A stretch of DNA of 64,000 bases. It comes from Puccinia triticina (lineage: Eukaryota). Position 1 is the first letter of the stretch; the number at the start of each line of letters is the position of its first letter. A program made the translations under genes and the position numbers. The stretch lies in assembly GCA_026914245.1 (NCBI GenBank), contig CP110440.1, positions 4,464,001 through 4,528,000 of the forward strand, read 5' to 3'. Below the pieces are notes generated by a model. It had not been told where the DNA came from. It saw only the letters and a list, made by a program, of their open reading frames with translations, and did not search any database. Below, piece by piece: positions 13,501 through 25,093 of this stretch.

Positions 13501-14316
13501 TCCTGACGGTTGGAAGGGGTAGGACCCTGGAACTCCTGCGTTGGTACTCGGTACTGTAAGCCCGTAGGCTCCGGAGTCGGCGTGGCTATCATTGGTTGAT
13601 AGTTGGCGTGTGGCGCTACGGCTAGCTGCGAATGGTGGCGGATTGTTTGATCTGCCGGGTTCTGTTGCGCTAGAGATTGATTCAATTGATGGAGCTCCTC
13701 GTTGGGGATCCATTCTTGGCATAGACGGATAGCGTCTGCTCTCCCAACCAGCTCTATAATCATTTCTTGCGTCATCGAAGCTTGGGAGAGGAGTCTCTTC
13801 ATCGAGGCCGTGTTCTGTGCCTCTCTCGCTCGGACAAACATGTCGAATTGATCGTTGAAGAGGTTGATGAGGCCTGTCAGCTCCATTTCTTCTGGGATCA
13901 GATCCATCGGGCCGGAAGACTCTTCCCGTCGTGGGTTCTGAATGGGCGGAAGGAGGGCTAAACTGGGGGAGGCATTCGGCCTCATACCCTCGGGGTTGGT
14001 AGGCTGGGAGGGCGGTTGATCCTTCTGAGGATAATTCGCCGTAGGGATCATTTGTTCCCTGTCTACTGGGCGCGGTACCGGCGTGGACCTGTTCGAGGCT
14101 AGAGCTATTGATGTCTCTCTCGCCTGGTATAGCGCCGGAGGGATCCCTGTGTCTGGGGGAAGCGGCTCCTCCTCCGGGAACTTGAGGAAATCCTCTTGGA
14201 GCGGCGGCAATGCTGACTCTAGCTCTTCGAAGCCTTTCCTCGGCGGCTGGACTGAGGCGGTAGCGGAGGCGCTGTTCTGCTGAGAGGTCTCTGCCATTTC
14301 TAAGGTGAGGAGGCAT
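7561..14316 (-). CDS. Gag-Pol polyprotein (gag, CCHC knuckle, protease, RT, RNase H, integrase, chromodomain)
   Basis: [31 protein letters not shown]...LECL, H-H-C-C zinc finger, MDW/SDRD/GLAER integrase triad, and C-terminal YLARYKG...DEWL chromodomain. First ATG at 14316; no stops. Confidence 0.97.
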   Translation of the reverse strand: MPPHLRNGRDLSAEQRLRYRLSPAAEERLRRARVSIAAAPRGFPQVPGGGAASPRHRDPSGAIPGERDINSSSLEQVHAGTAPSRQGTNDPYGELSSEGSTALPAYQPRGYEAECLPQFSPPSAHSEPTTGRVFRPDGSDPRRNGADRPHQPLQRSIRHVCPSERGTEHGLDEETPLPSFDDARNDYRAGWESRRYPSMPRMDPQRGAPSIESISSATEPGRSNNPPPFAASRSATRQLSTNDSHADSGAYGLTVPSTNAGVPGSYPFQPSGTSTTASRRSDLPRPSNAAATTAAAAAASAPSEANTSFYTARGGSIVPPQPSLSTWRGQSTPLSSHAARIRRPQPPSSSRQLERIREELETPPGRHSESTRDRRIPDESHTRSEENLWTRESQRERPLLDESLPKSSLSSDSPLGLSLDIDNLSDPSNREFFLNNLNSEMSRNGPLFLEEKLQVLFSKFLSELSGTVETIPGTLLESCVSNFKDVLNHSILDRFKDEFIPLLLDQILNNIGESAREKSTVNNNVLEQLKKHIDDKFETVQDLILVNESQCHSNMDTIGQNLKDFEEKVSNNLTSIGNQINDLHANEHNRFEQSKRIFSDISSVVNTVSSKLDSVLIPDDRDQPPHLLYNNPFQNVHHEQQQEHRPPPPVPTPEPQRPPRDNFPKPTSNTPEAKTQEEFPYIDHGAIDFEMRKELWKGIPKNGDWEKFSGELPYNHELWIKNTDILVRDYLMLDNMIISRLTILLTDTARNWYLGIRDQYGNKSWAWWKNAIRNKFGTENWKWKMQQEFENDHFAYDGRKIHKWFGNQRERLKAYQPELSQYLICEKILKQCPPNLEHAIKSRYKRDATEMSFEDMVIIAEEVIDRVMKRNKPVTNNYNTPNRSHWRSNPAPEKTDKPTDSSAKKNPVSAPEKEKLICHFCKQTGHFSRECPKKKNRINNVGMDDDDDPKSDNGEDQGEPHKSESELDEEEENHRTNHMILAMDNGNGANYDPLVDFDFGTHAVECEINQDFSIAEIQAETHQPQTWDKSCQSSHIEDARLMKCKPDRGKAHLTGKANLTTVLIESREQSCLLDSGASCSIISNKLLDSILPEWENKLMSINHAKFHSCSDQLQPMGIIETALIFPHTKGSIRILAEFVVMKNARIDYLILGNDYMSLYGFDITNSKERFFTIGNENKRKKFSFKSHHLEKMSPSNEISAVKKSNPQLQKFITEELCEAKFSDKLTIEQKEKLFEVLHNNNLAFSNTNQPLGAIKGHEVHIKLTTERPYPPLLRRPPYPASPKSREALEQHIEELVNLNVLRKVGHNEVVEITTPVIIAWHNGKSRMVGDFRALNSYTASDRYPIPKISETLNNLAKAKYLTSMDVLKGFHQNVIAEDSRHLLRIIMHKGIYEYLRMPFGIKNAPSHFQRMMDIEFRKEIDEKWVIIYIDDIIIMSNTWEEHLNRIDRILKVVINMNMKISLKKCNFGFDQIKALGHLVSGIAIGIDQNKVAAVLQKPVPSSRKEMQSFLGFAGYYRQHIEKFAEIAKPLTELTRIDVIYEMTHHRIVAYNLLKEKLTTAPLLLFPDWAHPFTLYVDASMTGLGAALHQVQVIDGVRKEGPIVFISRQLKDSETRYGASQLECLCLVWALEKLHYYLDGSVFHVVTDCTALRSLLNMKTPNRHMLRWQIAIQEYRGNMTIIHRDGNIHKNADGLSRWALPNDPSNPAYDPEDKDDDRFPIMGIHVSTFKNEFFDSVREGYKQDKNTTILSELLLKDAKDAQLKNSLQDPWRKLYDEGRFSIFDGLIYFREKHNSVLVLADKESINTILHECHDSVYSGHLSEDRTLEKVADTAWWANWKQDTGEYCSSCDRCQKANKATGKRFGLLMKIEEPSKPWDVINMDWVTSLSPGGAASFNACLVIVDRYSKTPIFVPCFKDDSAMDTAILFWNRVMPRTGIPRIIISDRDPKFTSEFWTGLHSMLGTKLSFSTAYHPQTDGLAERMIQTLEDMIRRFCAYGLEFKDNDGYTHDWVSLLPILELAYCTSIHSTTGKPPAILEKGWIPNLPRNFLKQDSVDIHPTALAYGKIFEKARKHAEHCITEATSYNKERWDKSHKEPSFKVGDKVLISTANFNNLSGPKKMRDSFTGPFLVKALHGKNAVEVILTEEFSRKHPTFPVSLVKPYKDPNPDKFPLRQKVKVVIPPMDKTPQSKVIQKILRDKRLRVENRDVMMYLARYKGMSADHDEWLLEKDIPDSAILLRKFRSEKRSDPVV
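13116..14297 (-). CDS. 393-aa overprinted ORF (+1 frame) within the 5' end of gag-pol; function unknown
   Basis: ATG in good context (GAAATGG) 19 nt downstream of the gag-pol ATG. Open for 393 codons, with amphipathic-looking segments and an RG-rich C-terminus. Confidence 0.7.
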   Translation of the reverse strand: MAETSQQNSASATASVQPPRKGFEELESALPPLQEDFLKFPEEEPLPPDTGIPPALYQARETSIALASNRSTPVPRPVDREQMIPTANYPQKDQPPSQPTNPEGMRPNASPSLALLPPIQNPRREESSGPMDLIPEEMELTGLINLFNDQFDMFVRAREAQNTASMKRLLSQASMTQEMIIELVGRADAIRLCQEWIPNEELHQLNQSLAQQNPADQTIRHHSQLAVAPHANYQPMIATPTPEPTGLQYRVPTQEFQGPTPSNRQELPQPRPEGQIYHGPQMPQQPPPPPPPQALQVRPIPASIPREVVQLFRPSPHYQPGGVNPPHYPHTQQGYADHNPPHPQDNWRGSGRNWRRPQDDTQRVLEIGEYLMRATQGVRRIYGRGRARGRGPY

Positions 14317-15058
14317 GGTGAGCACGTGTAGGAAAGTTGGTAGTCGAGTAGGAAAAGAAGAATAAGGATTTTTTAAAGGTTAAGTACCTGAGGATTTAGC
14401 TTTAGCAGAAATTCTCTTGCTTTTCCGCGTAGTAGAAGAGGTTTTTTTCTTATTTTCCTTTGCGCTTGACTTCGCTGAGGAATTAGAGTTCCACTCGGCT
14501 ATATTGACGGGAGCAACAGTCTTCTTTCGACGAGTTTTTTGTGCTCTTGCAGTAGCAATAGGGGTCCACGACGAGCTACTGATAAGATTGCCGTTGCGCG
14601 GGTTTGTCACTATTCTATTGTCGTAGTTTTCGTCTTCTGCGCTAGTCTGCGCCGTTAAGAATTTTTTTACGGTCAACTGCGGTAATTGTAGATAAGAAGC
14701 AGGAGAATCTTTTGAGCGTACTCCGTTTTTCGCTATCTCCTCTTGATTCGAAGATATGGAGGGTTCTGGGGAGGATAAGTCCGACGAAGGGATGAATAGC
14801 GGCGCGGAGGAGTCGCAATTCTGCACTTTCACGAGTAAACAGGACGTAAAAAAAATTTTCCAAGGGTTCAGTTAGGAATTTTATCAATATAAGAGCAATT
14901 TGGGATAATTTTAGAAGATTTTCAGCGTTAGTAGGATATGTAGAAAAATTTTTTTTAAGTGATTTTTTCGAATTTTTAAGAGTTTTTTGTTTGATTTAGT
15001 CAGGAGGATCAGTCCTTTGGCTTTATAGCAGTCTAGAATTATGAAAAGGTGAGTAATT

Positions 15059-15076
15059 TTCCCGATGAGGCCCCCA
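15059..15076 (-). promoter_or_regulatory. Primer binding site of chromovirus B (probably tRNA-Pro)
   Basis: Minus strand TGGGGGCCTCATCGGGAA, 2 nt inside the 5' LTR, is complementary to a tRNA end ...GGCCCCCA. The tRNA identity is inferred. Confidence 0.8.
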
Positions 15077-15078
15077 AT

Positions 15079-16094
15079 TGTGAGCCTGAGTCTCTATAGT
15101 GACAGCAGGACACAAGAAATGGGGGACAACAGTTTGATTTCTTGGGATAAAGAAAATACAACTGTAAGAGAAAAAGAGAAAGAGAGAGAAAGAAACCAAG
15201 CAGGATAAGATAGAAGAGAAGTACTAGGTTATTCTAGTGGGAATGCACGTCCACTGGCAATGCTACTCTTCAGAAGAGTGCTGCTAATCTGTGCTAGAAG
15301 TGCTACAGCTTCCTCTCAGGAGGGTATCTGGATTAGATAAGTTTAATCCAGCCACAGTTTTTTAGACTTCTCTCTGGACAGTCAAGGTTCTTAATGGGAA
15401 ACCTGAGGGACAGCCCTGCAACCTAGATTTTGAGGCAAAGGCCAATTGATTATAAGGGACAGCCCTGTGATCAAGATAGAGGCAAAGGCCTGTAGAATTG
15501 AAGGGACAGCCCTGTGATCAAGATAGAGGCAAAGGCCTGTAGAATTGGAGGGACAGCCCTGTGATCAAGGAGGAGGCAAAGCAAGAAGAAAAGGCAGATC
15601 AAACAAGACACAGAGTTGTACCTCTGAGATAATCAAGGTTCAGTGAAAGAGGTTACTTACTGTCAATATCCTAGGCGCCTGTGACGGTAGGTATACTGGG
15701 AGTAGAGTAGGCTCTTTGGTGGTGATCCTGGGGTTATCTGGGTGGTGGTTCTGGTGTGCTGAAGTCTGTGGATCCGCCTCAGGCAAGGGGGATTCTGACT
15801 ACGAAAATTTTCACAGTTTGCTTATGTAATTTACATATGTACATGTGGTTTGGCGCGCCAGGTAGTGCTGACACGTCACAACTGCGCAAGCGCGCCACAA
15901 CTCAGTAACTCAGGGAAGGAGTATAGTTACAATGAATTGATAAGTTGTAACTAGGGTCAAAATTGCATGAGGAAACAGAATCTGAAGTCAAAACAAGGTT
16001 ATCTCTTAAGATGAAAAAGATATAAAGTAATTTATATGTAACAAAGGTAGAACAGGCAGCTTTTAGGTCAGCTGTGATGACTCTAAGGCTGACA
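15079..16094 (-). repeat. 5' LTR of chromovirus B
   Basis: Near-identical to 6508-7523 and adjacent to the PBS. Confidence 0.97.
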
Positions 16095-16099
16095 CCGCC

Positions 16100-17955
16100 G
16101 GCTGACGCGCAAGGATGCAGAATGGCATTGGACCAAAGAATGCTAGTAGGCCTTCCAGGAACTCAAGAACATCGTTGGGAAAGACATAGTTTTGGTCAAG
16201 ATCGACTACGGTCCAGATGCGGGGAAACTCAAGCTTGCGGTGGACTCTAGCTTTCATACCGCGGGCGCGCTGCTTACTCAGGAAGACTCAAATGGTTTGG
16301 ATCGTCCGGCGCTTTACGAGTCTCTGCTCTTCTCAGATGTGGAGTCACAATATTCGCAGGAAACGCTTGAGCTATGTGGCGTCACCCGGATACTGAAGAA
16401 GCTCCAAACGGTATTGTGGGGGCAGCATTTTGAGCTACAAGTGGATGTTCAAATGATCAACACTCCGAGTTTGCCCAACGCGCCGATGACGCGTTGGGTA
16501 TCTTTCATCCAGCTTTTCTCCTTTGACGTTGTTCACCGTCCCGGCAAATTGTTCACCATGCCGGACGGCTTGTCACGGCGCCCACAAGGTGACAACGAAT
16601 CTGATCCCCCTTCCGACTTCGACGAGGAAGCCCTGTTCATCCGACCCGTGGATCCCTACCGCGTGCATTCTGTTTAGTATTCAGGGTATCAAGAAGGTTA
16701 TTGGCGATGGATGGAGCAGTTTTTGTCAACACTAGCGAAGCCCGAGGGTATGGATGCGGTAGAGTTTCAAGCCTTGAGAAGACGGTCCTCAGATTTCTTC
16801 TTGCAAGGAGGGCGCCTCATGAAAAGGGGTAGCCCACTGTCTTGTATTTTGATCACGATCCCAGCGAAACAGGAAGAAGTACTTCGAAAGCTGCATGAAG
16901 ATTTAGGGCACCGCGGAGTGACGGAAACTTATCGCCGCGTGTCTGAGCGGTTTTGGTGGCTGGCCCTCAAGCAGTCAGTGACTCGGTGGTGCCAGAGTTG
17001 CGATGCTTGTCAGCGGCGTAGTCTTAAGAGGCCTCTGGAGCCGCGGTATCCGACGGGAGAGTCGACGGTTTTTGGACGCGTGGCAATGGATGCAGTGCAC
17101 TTGAAGGCTAGTGGAGCTAAGTATCTCATTGTCGCACAAGATGACTTCTCCGGCTGGGTAGAGGCCAAAATCTTAAACAATCTAACTTCCGAGGCCGTAG
17201 CCTCCTTCCTCCAGGAACACTGGACTATGCGTTACGGTCCAGCCCAAGCTTACTCAACAGATGGCGGTTTGGAGTTTGGAGGTGCGTTGGCGGATATGCT
17301 TCGCACCCTGCCGGGGCAGCATCGAGTGTCCACACCCTACTACCCTGAAGGTCAAGGCATGGTCGAGCGAGGGCACGCACCATTGAAGGCGGCGCTGGCC
17401 AAATTAGCAGGAGAGAGCGGCAAGAATTGCAAGAAATTCCTTCCCTTGGTCCTTTTTGCTGATAGGATCTCTACAAAGCGAACCACAGGGTACTCTCCGT
17501 ATGAACTGGTTTTTGGGCAGAGAGCTGTTCTTCCTATTGATCTGGAGATGGAATCCTACCTGGGCGTTGATTGGGACGCGGTGCGCACGACTTCCGACCT
17601 TTTAGCCGCTAGGTCCCAACAGCTGGAGCCGAGCGAAGAAACACGGGAAATTGCTTACCGGAAAATGATGGAGGCACGTGGCAAGTCTGTTAAATATTGG
17701 GAAGGCAAGCGCTCAGATTGGCTTCGCGACTTGCTCGAGGCAGGCAAGATGGTTATGACGTACATCTGGGCACTGGAAACGCAGTGGGGCCAGCTATTTG
17801 CAAACAGGTGGAACGGTCCCTACCGCGTCGTGCGTCAAGTCGAGGGAGGCTCTTACATTCTGGCAGAGTTGGATGGCACCAAACTTAAGCGGCGATTTGT
17901 GGCGGATCAGGTCAAGAGATACTTTTTTCGCGAGGACATGGAAGGGCAAAAGTAA
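16100..17955 (+). pseudogene. Gypsy element A RNase H and integrase
   Basis: LAVDSS...LELCG...PDGLSR (RNase H); LHEDLGH...CQSCDAC, AMD, STDGG, GMVER, WNGPY (integrase); stops between the segments. Confidence 0.9.
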
Positions 17956-18101
17956 GTCCTCCCATGTGTATGCATCTCGAGGCTCCTCTACGCGTGTCAT
18001 AACATTACATGCCACTCTGTTGAGGTTTTCTTTCTTTGTCCGGCAGCATGTAGTCAAGGAACGGCGCGCAGTCTAGGGACAGACTGCAATCTGGGAGGAG
18101 A

Positions 18102-18923
18102 TGTGGAGTTCTGGCGCGTACTCAGGGTCAAGACACCAGGAAGATGGCCTCAAGATCATCAAGACCATCAATACTCGACGGCGCGGCGCGCGCAACACTC
18201 TCAAGACTTTTCAGGCCCCTGTTATCATTCCTTACCTCTTTTCTCTTTTCTTCCTTCTCTCCCCCTTTTCTTTGTTTGTTTGGTTTTGTTTCATGTTATT
18301 TTTTTTTCTCTTTGACCTTTCCTTTCTTTCTGTTTCTTACTTGCGCGCGTTGGAGAGGATGAGAGGGAGGAGGGTTGGTTTTGCTTCTTTTGTTGCTTTG
18401 TGATGTTTCTGTTTGTTGCTCTGGTTTTTCTTTTTCATTGCTCATCTTAGTTGTACGGGCGCGGCGGGCACGAGGGCTTGTCGCGCGGCATGTCGCGGGC
18501 CTGAATCCAAGTTCAGGCGAACTTGGAGGAAGGATTGGCATGGTATCCACCTCCGAACCACGAGGAATATCATCAATCTTTGAGTTCTGAAGTTTATTGA
18601 TCCTGGATTGTGTCGATCCATCCCCGCATCTTTCTGAGTTTTGAGTACCCGAGCCTTCTGAGTCTCTCCTATTCTGATCACCAGCCGACATTCCGACAAA
18701 CACGCCGGCTTTCCTCCGATTTTCCCACTTTTCCTGAGATTTACACCCAACCGAACCGCCGAGGGTATTCCAACTCCCTTGTTCCCTCTCAATAAATCCC
18801 CCCACCCCTATCACATGTTTTGACCCGTACCCAATACGTTTCGCAGGGATCACCGACGAGGGCAGAACTCAAGCACCAACCCCTCAACCAACTGCCTCAG
18901 CTCAGCCCTGACAGGAGTCCACA
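18102..18923 (+). repeat. 3' LTR of gypsy element A
   Basis: TGTGGAGTTC...GGAGTCCACA inverted termini, immediately after the PPT GGGAGGAGA. Confidence 0.85.
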
Positions 18924-18925
18924 TT

Positions 18926-18943
18926 TGGTCCCCCGAGCCGGGA
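18926..18943 (+). promoter_or_regulatory. PBS-like sequence downstream of the 3' LTR
   Basis: TGGTCCCCCGAGCCGGGA, 2 nt after the LTR CA, is the complement of a tRNA 3' end (TCCCGGCTCGGGGGACCA). Confidence 0.75.
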
Positions 18944-18955
18944 TCGACCGGCTTG

Positions 18956-19432
18956 CAACGGTGGGCCAGCTACGCTAACTGTAGCGTTAGCGTAGCGGAA
19001 TTCCGCTAAATTTTAGCGTAGCGTTAGCGGAATTGCGTCTTCTCTGCGCTAACGCTACGCGCAAAGGGTGCGCAGCTAATTTAGCTGTTAGCGTAGCGTT
19101 AGCGCAGATGCGCGCAATTGCGCTAACGCTACACACGCAGAGCGCAAAAGAGCGCGCGCTATGGTGCGCCACGGTGCTTTTAGCTGAAAAAAAGGCCTTT
19201 TTTCCGCTAAAAGCGCTGTAGCGCAGCGTAGCGTAGTGTAGTGACTGTAGCGGCGCGCTAACACTAACAAACAATTGGCGCGCGGTTAGCGCCGCTGAAA
19301 CATAGCGCAGCGTAGCGGCGCTAACAGCGCGCTAACGCTACTCAAAATGGGCGGGCGCTTTTTGCCGCTACGCTAACGCTAAGTGGCCCTGTAGCGTAGT
19401 GTAGCGTAGTGTAGCGTAGTGGCCCACCGTTG
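18956..19432. mobile_element. MITE with 7-bp TSD
   Basis: TIR CAACGGTGGGCCA / TGGCCCACCGTTG; TSD CGGCTTG at 18949-18955 and 19433-19439; interior built of GCTACGCTA/TAGCGTAGC motifs. Confidence 0.88.
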
Positions 19433-19439
19433 CGGCTTG

Positions 19440-20369
19440 GACTGGATATAGGCAGCACGGCAAAGCTCCCAGTAAACGGGGCCCAAATAATCATCTTGAC
19501 AGACAGCCAAGCGGCCATTAACAGGTTGAGGAACCCAACGGCTCCAAAATCAGGCCAATACATTATTTCTCAAATCCAGGATACAGCTGACTCTATCCCA
19601 ATCTCAACACAGATTATGGTCTGATGGTGCCCGGGCCACGTCAGGATCAAGGGCAACGAGCTGGCCGACGGAAAAGCAGCGGAGGCCAGAGGAGCTTCCC
19701 TCCTCAACGAGTCGATCAGGGGCAGGGTGTCAGCCAAGAAGACCAATTTTCTCCGGAAGAAGAAACTATGGAAAGGGTCCCCGCAAATGACCTTTCCTGT
19801 CCAGGCGGCATTCCATCAACTTTGCTCAGGGCACGTCCATTTGAATGCTTTCCAATTCAAGTGCAGTTGAGCTCCATACCCGATTTGCTTGGAGTGTGGG
19901 GTCCCCAAAACAGTGGATCACTAGCTTGTCTCTTGTTCCAGGTACACTGGGGCTAGGGCAGTAGCCAGGACAATCCTCTGCGACAAGAGGATCACCACGG
20001 TCACAACCAGAACTCTCCTCCACAACCCCTTGGCCTTCCTGGCCACAAAAATCCTTCATCAACCTCTTGGCCAGACTCCCTCAATTCCAACGGGGATACC
20101 CTTTGAGATCCCCCTTCCAGCTCTTTGGACCCAACTTCTCCCCACAGGTTCTTCCATTTTTCACCCATCTTTTTCCTCCTTTTTCTTTCTTCTCTTCTAA
20201 ATAAATAAATAGCAAAAAAAAAAACTCTCAAAAGCAAACTCCCAGAAAGCCCGTGAAAGTTCTCCCCTCTATTTTCAATTGCAAGGCTGTGTGGTTCTTC
20301 TACGTAGTTAAATTTGTAAGCTAGTTGAATATGCATAGTGCGCAATGTTAAGTCAAATCAAAAAAAAAA
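19440..20369 (+). mobile_element. 3' end of a non-LTR retrotransposon (Tad1/I-like LINE), degenerate
   Basis: RNase H motifs ILTDSQAA and WCPGH...GNELAD, a C-terminal CLECG...DH...C knuckle, a pyrimidine-rich 3' UTR and an A-tail at 20360-20369. Confidence 0.8.
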
Positions 20370-22562
20370 GCCCCTTAACCCGTTCATGGCCTGTTGTTAT
20401 TTCATTTATTTTCATTGTCTGGGTGCAAGTTGCACGTACAACTGGGGGTTTTATGGTAGTTTCACAATCTGAGATGCGACCAAGACAGGGCCGGATGGAT
20501 GCAAGAGAGTTGTCAGATTTTCATCCATGATCCATTTAGCATTCACTGCCGTGTATTTCTAGTACTCTTGTCAAGGATAGTGTAAAAACATACTCCTGTG
20601 TTTACTGCGCCGCTGTCAAAGCCATGCGCCTTAAAGGTGTAAATTTTCCATTCTCTAGGGCTAGTAGGGATGTTGAGTCCTCAGCTAGCCCGAGTGTGGG
20701 AAAAGATTGAGAGTAGAAAAACCCTTGATTTCCTAGCCATCCGGCGTATCAAAGGGTTAGTATTCAATCAGACTAGAAAAGATATTTTTGTTGATTGTAG
20801 AATTTTTAAAGAGAGAGTTTGAGGGCAAAAACCCTGCCTGCCCTCAAAATGGGGTGGGTGGGTGGTTAAAAAAAATTGAGTTTGAAACCTTTTTCCCCTA
20901 GATATGTTGTTGTGAAAAAAGGATCTAAACCAAAATAGCTAGGATGGACGTAAAAGAGCATGAATGATAATGATGAATAATATTGATGATGAATCACAAA
21001 TGAGAGAGAGAGAGATACAAGCTTAATACATGTATGTACAAGGGTCTGACCGGAGGTAGTGTAGTTGAGTATTATGTAATAGTATGTGAATAGTATTACA
21101 TACATGGTAGGATAGAGGAATATCTGTAGGTAATGTTACTCTATGCTACAACACCCCCCCATGGAGATGTCCCTGGACATCCGGCTCTTGCAGGGCAGGA
21201 AACATCCGCAGGATGTTACTCTTCATGACGGATACAGATGTATCCCAACTGAGTATCCACCGGATGGTGTTGGAGCATCCACTGGATGTAACCCAATCAT
21301 CCGCCGGATATCACAAACCATCCTCAGATGGGAAAAATATTTGTCTAGGTGCGCTGGCTAGCACACTCCTGTAGTGCGCACCAGGCCCCGTGACGCATGA
21401 GCCAAGAAGCGGGGGGGCAGAGGGCAGTGCAATTGGGTGCCGCGGGGTGGTGCTCCATTCCAAACCATAAGTAGTACTTTATTGCTTTCTTTTACATATA
21501 TTCATCATTACATTGAACATTTCCCCATAACCCTTCACAAATACCTCATTATTATTACATATTCAGATTCTACATCAAATTTCACCTATGGTCACTCATA
21601 CATAGTATACCCTTATCTTCAATGGTTCAGTAGTTATAGAGGATATAAGACTTACAGACAACCTACAGTCTTCATTAGTTACAATACTCATTTCATTAGT
21701 AACCTACTTGAATCATTACAGTACATTCCTTTTACATATTTATTCTCACATACTAAACCCTTTACATACATTTCTCATTATGTACTATACCTATTGTACA
21801 CATTACATCATTGGATCTGTGCTTACCTCTTTCAGTAGTGCTCATCATTACAAGTAGCTACTATTTTCTCATCACTCTTTCACATTAGTACATTCTTTTA
21901 TTCCCATAACCAGCATTCCCCTTTCAGCATTGCTCATCATTACATACTGTTACTATGTTCACATCACTCTTACCCATTTGTACATTCCTTTATTCCCATA
22001 GCCAGAATGCCCCCACTGTCTGTGCTCATCCCTCCTTTCATATAAGAACCGTCCTTCCCTCCTCACTTGTACCTTATGCAGAATTTATAGAGAATTTTAG
22101 ATACAGAAATCATAGTGCCCATTCTCATCAACCCATTGCCATTGAATCATTGCCAATTGCTTTCCCCCTTCAACCATTGCTCCAACCCTCTCATCCTCAG
22201 TAGTCAGTAGTCAGCTCATAGTACTAGCTCCTAAGATCAAGTAGAAATCAGCCACACCTTTTCTTCTTTTTCTTAGTGTTACTCTCATCCCCTCAGCATT
22301 AGTCAGGAAGGCAGCCTCATCAGCACCCTTGCATAGCTTACATTAGTACTAGTGTTGCTATACATTTCCCTTCCAAGCTCTATTCTCCCCTTTGAGTAGT
22401 TCCACAGCGGGTGATTGGGCCCAGGTGCCACATGGTCGATGGGACTGGGGGTTGAACACCCAACCTGCAGCATCAGAGGTCCCGGTGAAGGCAGCCCTTC
22501 CCCACTACGGCAGGGGGCATGTGTACTTGCCAGGAGCACACACGGTTGATATCAAGTGCACA

Positions 22563-22841
22563 CACGGGTTGACATCCATTGGACACTCCAGCCAGAGTGT
22601 CCAATGGATGTTGACTCTCAGGATGTCCAGCGGACACTCCAGCCAGAGTGTCCAATGGATGTGACCCTCAGGATGTCCAGATGATGTCTTTGAGGGCTGA
22701 ACATCACTTGGACGCATCCAAAAGCGTCCAAGTGATGCTCAGTGCACCTGGCATCTGCTGGATGCTCCCCGGACATCATGTGGACGCTTCTCAGCCCAAA
22801 GCATCTGCGGGATGTCAGCTTTTTCCAAAAAGGCGCCCCGT
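22563..22841. repeat. Hairpin-rich CATCC/GGATG repeat segment, probable DNA-transposon remnant
   Basis: GGACACTCCAGCCAGAGTGTCCAATGGATG is duplicated; a similar motif-rich patch lies at ~21155-21330; no TSD found. Confidence 0.45.
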
Positions 22842-22842
22842 G

Positions 22843-23228
22843 GTGTAGAAGTCCCTATCCGTATGTTGCGTTCTCTTGTTGGACCCGTCATTTGTGGTGA
22901 TCTTGATGGCCGCTTGGTTATCGCAAAAAACGTCCACCACAAATTCAACACCTGTCAAGTCACACAGTAGGTGCCTGATCCATGGTACCTCGCGGACTCC
23001 AATCCCCATGGCCATGTACTCAGTGTGTGCGGTTGAACTTGCTACACTTGCTAGTCTCTTTGACATCCAAGCTACTGGACATCCATGACAGAAGATGATC
23101 ATGCCATGCAAGGAACGTGAGAACTCACCCCCCCAGTTGGCTTCCACATAGCAGGAGAAAACCGGTGATTTTGCGTCTGGTTTGATGTAAAGCGGTTGAT
23201 GCCTGGTTGTCCCTAGGTATGCAATTAG
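22843..23228 (-). pseudogene. Ty1/copia RNase H fragment
   Basis: YVEANWGG, PVAWMSKR, SSTAHTEYMA, CDNQAA, KRTQH. Confidence 0.88.
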
Positions 23229-24560
23229 GTGGGAAATCTTCCACAGTGGGTGCTCCACCACGCAAGAATTGAGAAACTTGATGAATCATTCACAACCGGG
23301 GGTTCTTGAAGGTATAGGTCAAGCTCAGCAGTTGTTGATACCACTTGGGTGGAGTGGATTGCGGAGACATATTTTTTGAATCGCAAGTCAACATTGTTGT
23401 CATCTTGAGTCGAAGTTGGTTTATCAACTTGGGATTGATTTGTATTTGCGGATTCTCCGTCCCCGTCTGGCTTCGTCTTCTTGGATAAAATTTTGCTAAA
23501 CCAGGTCAAGAGGGTCTTTTTTATAGACTCAATAGTACTTTCTGCTTCATCGGTACCAAGCTCTTCAGCAAGGAGGAATTTGATCATAGCCAGTTTACAG
23601 CGAGGATCAAAAACAAGGTTGATTGCAGCAAAATCCTTCATTTTGTCCCAGTACTTGTCAAATTTCTCTCTCATTGGATTGATTAAGTCAATGAGGTCTG
23701 CTTGGCCGTTGTTTGAACTTGCTTTGAGTTGCGCATTGATCTTTTTCATGTATTTATAAACACCAGGAGCCGTTGGATATTTGGTCATAGGGATTTTATT
23801 TGTTGCTACATAGGGGGTGGGAAAACAGAACAACCTTTTAGAGTATTATTCAGACAGTTTAAAATAAATTCTAACTGGAGAATAATCCTCACCAGAATTG
23901 AATATCGCCAAAAATTCCTTCATAGTCAATATTTCCTGCCACTTGGTGGGGGTCGGGCAGTGAGTGAAGTTAGCATCTTGCAAGGCCAAGGTCTTGAAAG
24001 CATCCTTGTAAGGAATAGCTGATTTCAACATCAGATAAGTCGAGTTCCAGCGGGTCGGAACATCAAGGGAGGGGAGGGCTTGCACTCCTTCAAGGCTAGC
24101 TAGCTCGATTGCCTCCTTGAAGAGCTGCTTGCAAGAAGGAGTACTTCTAGCATATCAAACAGCATCCCGAATCTTGTTGATCGAATAGGAGAAGTGCTTG
24201 AGGCCATCCTTCACAATCAGATTGATAACATGAGCAGCACAACAAACATGGAAAAATTATCCATTCATATCGGGTGGAGCACTGCTTCGATCTTTCAGAA
24301 CGGAGCAGACTCGAGCTAGGCCGACATCGTTTGAGAGTGCGTTGTCCACGATTATAAAGCCAACCTTATTGTATATCTTCCATTTGGCAATAGTGGTAAG
24401 CAACTGCTCTGCGATGGCTAGACCGGTATGAGGAGTTGGAAAATGCTTAAAAGACAGTATTCTTTTCTTGAGGTTCCAGTTGGAGTCGATGAAATGAGAA
24501 GTGATTACCATGAAAGGTGTCTGGTTCGATGAGGTCCAGACATCAGTTAGTGTGATCGCC
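23229..24560 (-). pseudogene. hAT (Ac-like) transposase fragment
   Basis: TDVWTS, HFID, PHTG, DVPTRWNSTY, FDPR, ELDLYL, LAWW...FP; truncated at both ends. Confidence 0.9.
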
Positions 24561-25093
24561 GATACATGCTGACACATATGTAGATGAGCGCCGAGCGGTA
24601 CAACCGGCCACGGGGAGGGGTAACACACAAGTCCCCTTGATGGCCAAGTTGTTCCGGTCATTGAGCCTCGATGACTGGTCCGTTCCAGCAGTTAAAGCAC
24701 CCGCTTCCCGGGGAGGCTACTCGGCATGTCAGTTGCTTTTTTTTGTTGCACTTTTTTTTTGCTGTTGTTGCAAATCCACAACCAAATTAAATTGGTGATC
24801 TTTGTTTAGGCTACAGTCAGGTTTGCTCTTCTTGACCAACGCTCAGGCCTGTCTATTCTATTCCGGGCGGATCATTGGTCCACGAAACACGCCCGTCCAA
24901 TCCTGCGCATGGACTTTGGCACCCTCCTGCGTTCCTTGCTCGCGTGCGTGGGGAGCCCAATCCGAGAATCCGACCAGATATTCCAGGTATTTACCGGATA
25001 TCACGTGACCGCTACCGGATATTCCGCGCGGGAAATCCAACCATGTAAGTGTTTCCTTGATTCGATAAACCACGCGTATTTGTCTTCTTCGAC

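Larger units (their letters stand above)
6508..16094 (-). mobile_element. Full-length chromovirus (Ty3/gypsy) B, apparently intact and recent
   Basis: Two 1016-bp LTRs with TG...CA ends, 5-bp TSD CCGCC (6503-6507, 16095-16099), PBS, PPT and an uninterrupted gag-pol. Confidence 0.97.
1..18923 (+). mobile_element. Decayed Ty3/gypsy LTR retrotransposon A (pol to 3' LTR), interrupted by two nested insertions; 5' part lies left of the window
   Basis: Removing 69-5577 rejoins ...LSLI|KNVL... in frame, and removing 6508-16099 rejoins ...LR|RLTRKD.... RT (FIDD) is at 5787-6507, RNase H at ~16100-16677 and integrase at 16711-17955. PPT GGGAGGAGA precedes the LTR. In-frame stops are present (TAA ~5784, TAGTAG ~16144). 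Confidence 0.92.

Noticed and set aside
7738..14283. Plus-strand ORFs antisense to gag-pol
   Set aside because: They are short shadow ORFs, mostly with non-ATG starts and no recognisable motifs.
21437..22300. ORFs in a C/T/A-rich tract
   Set aside because: Compositional bias explains the open frames; probably a decayed repeat that I cannot classify.
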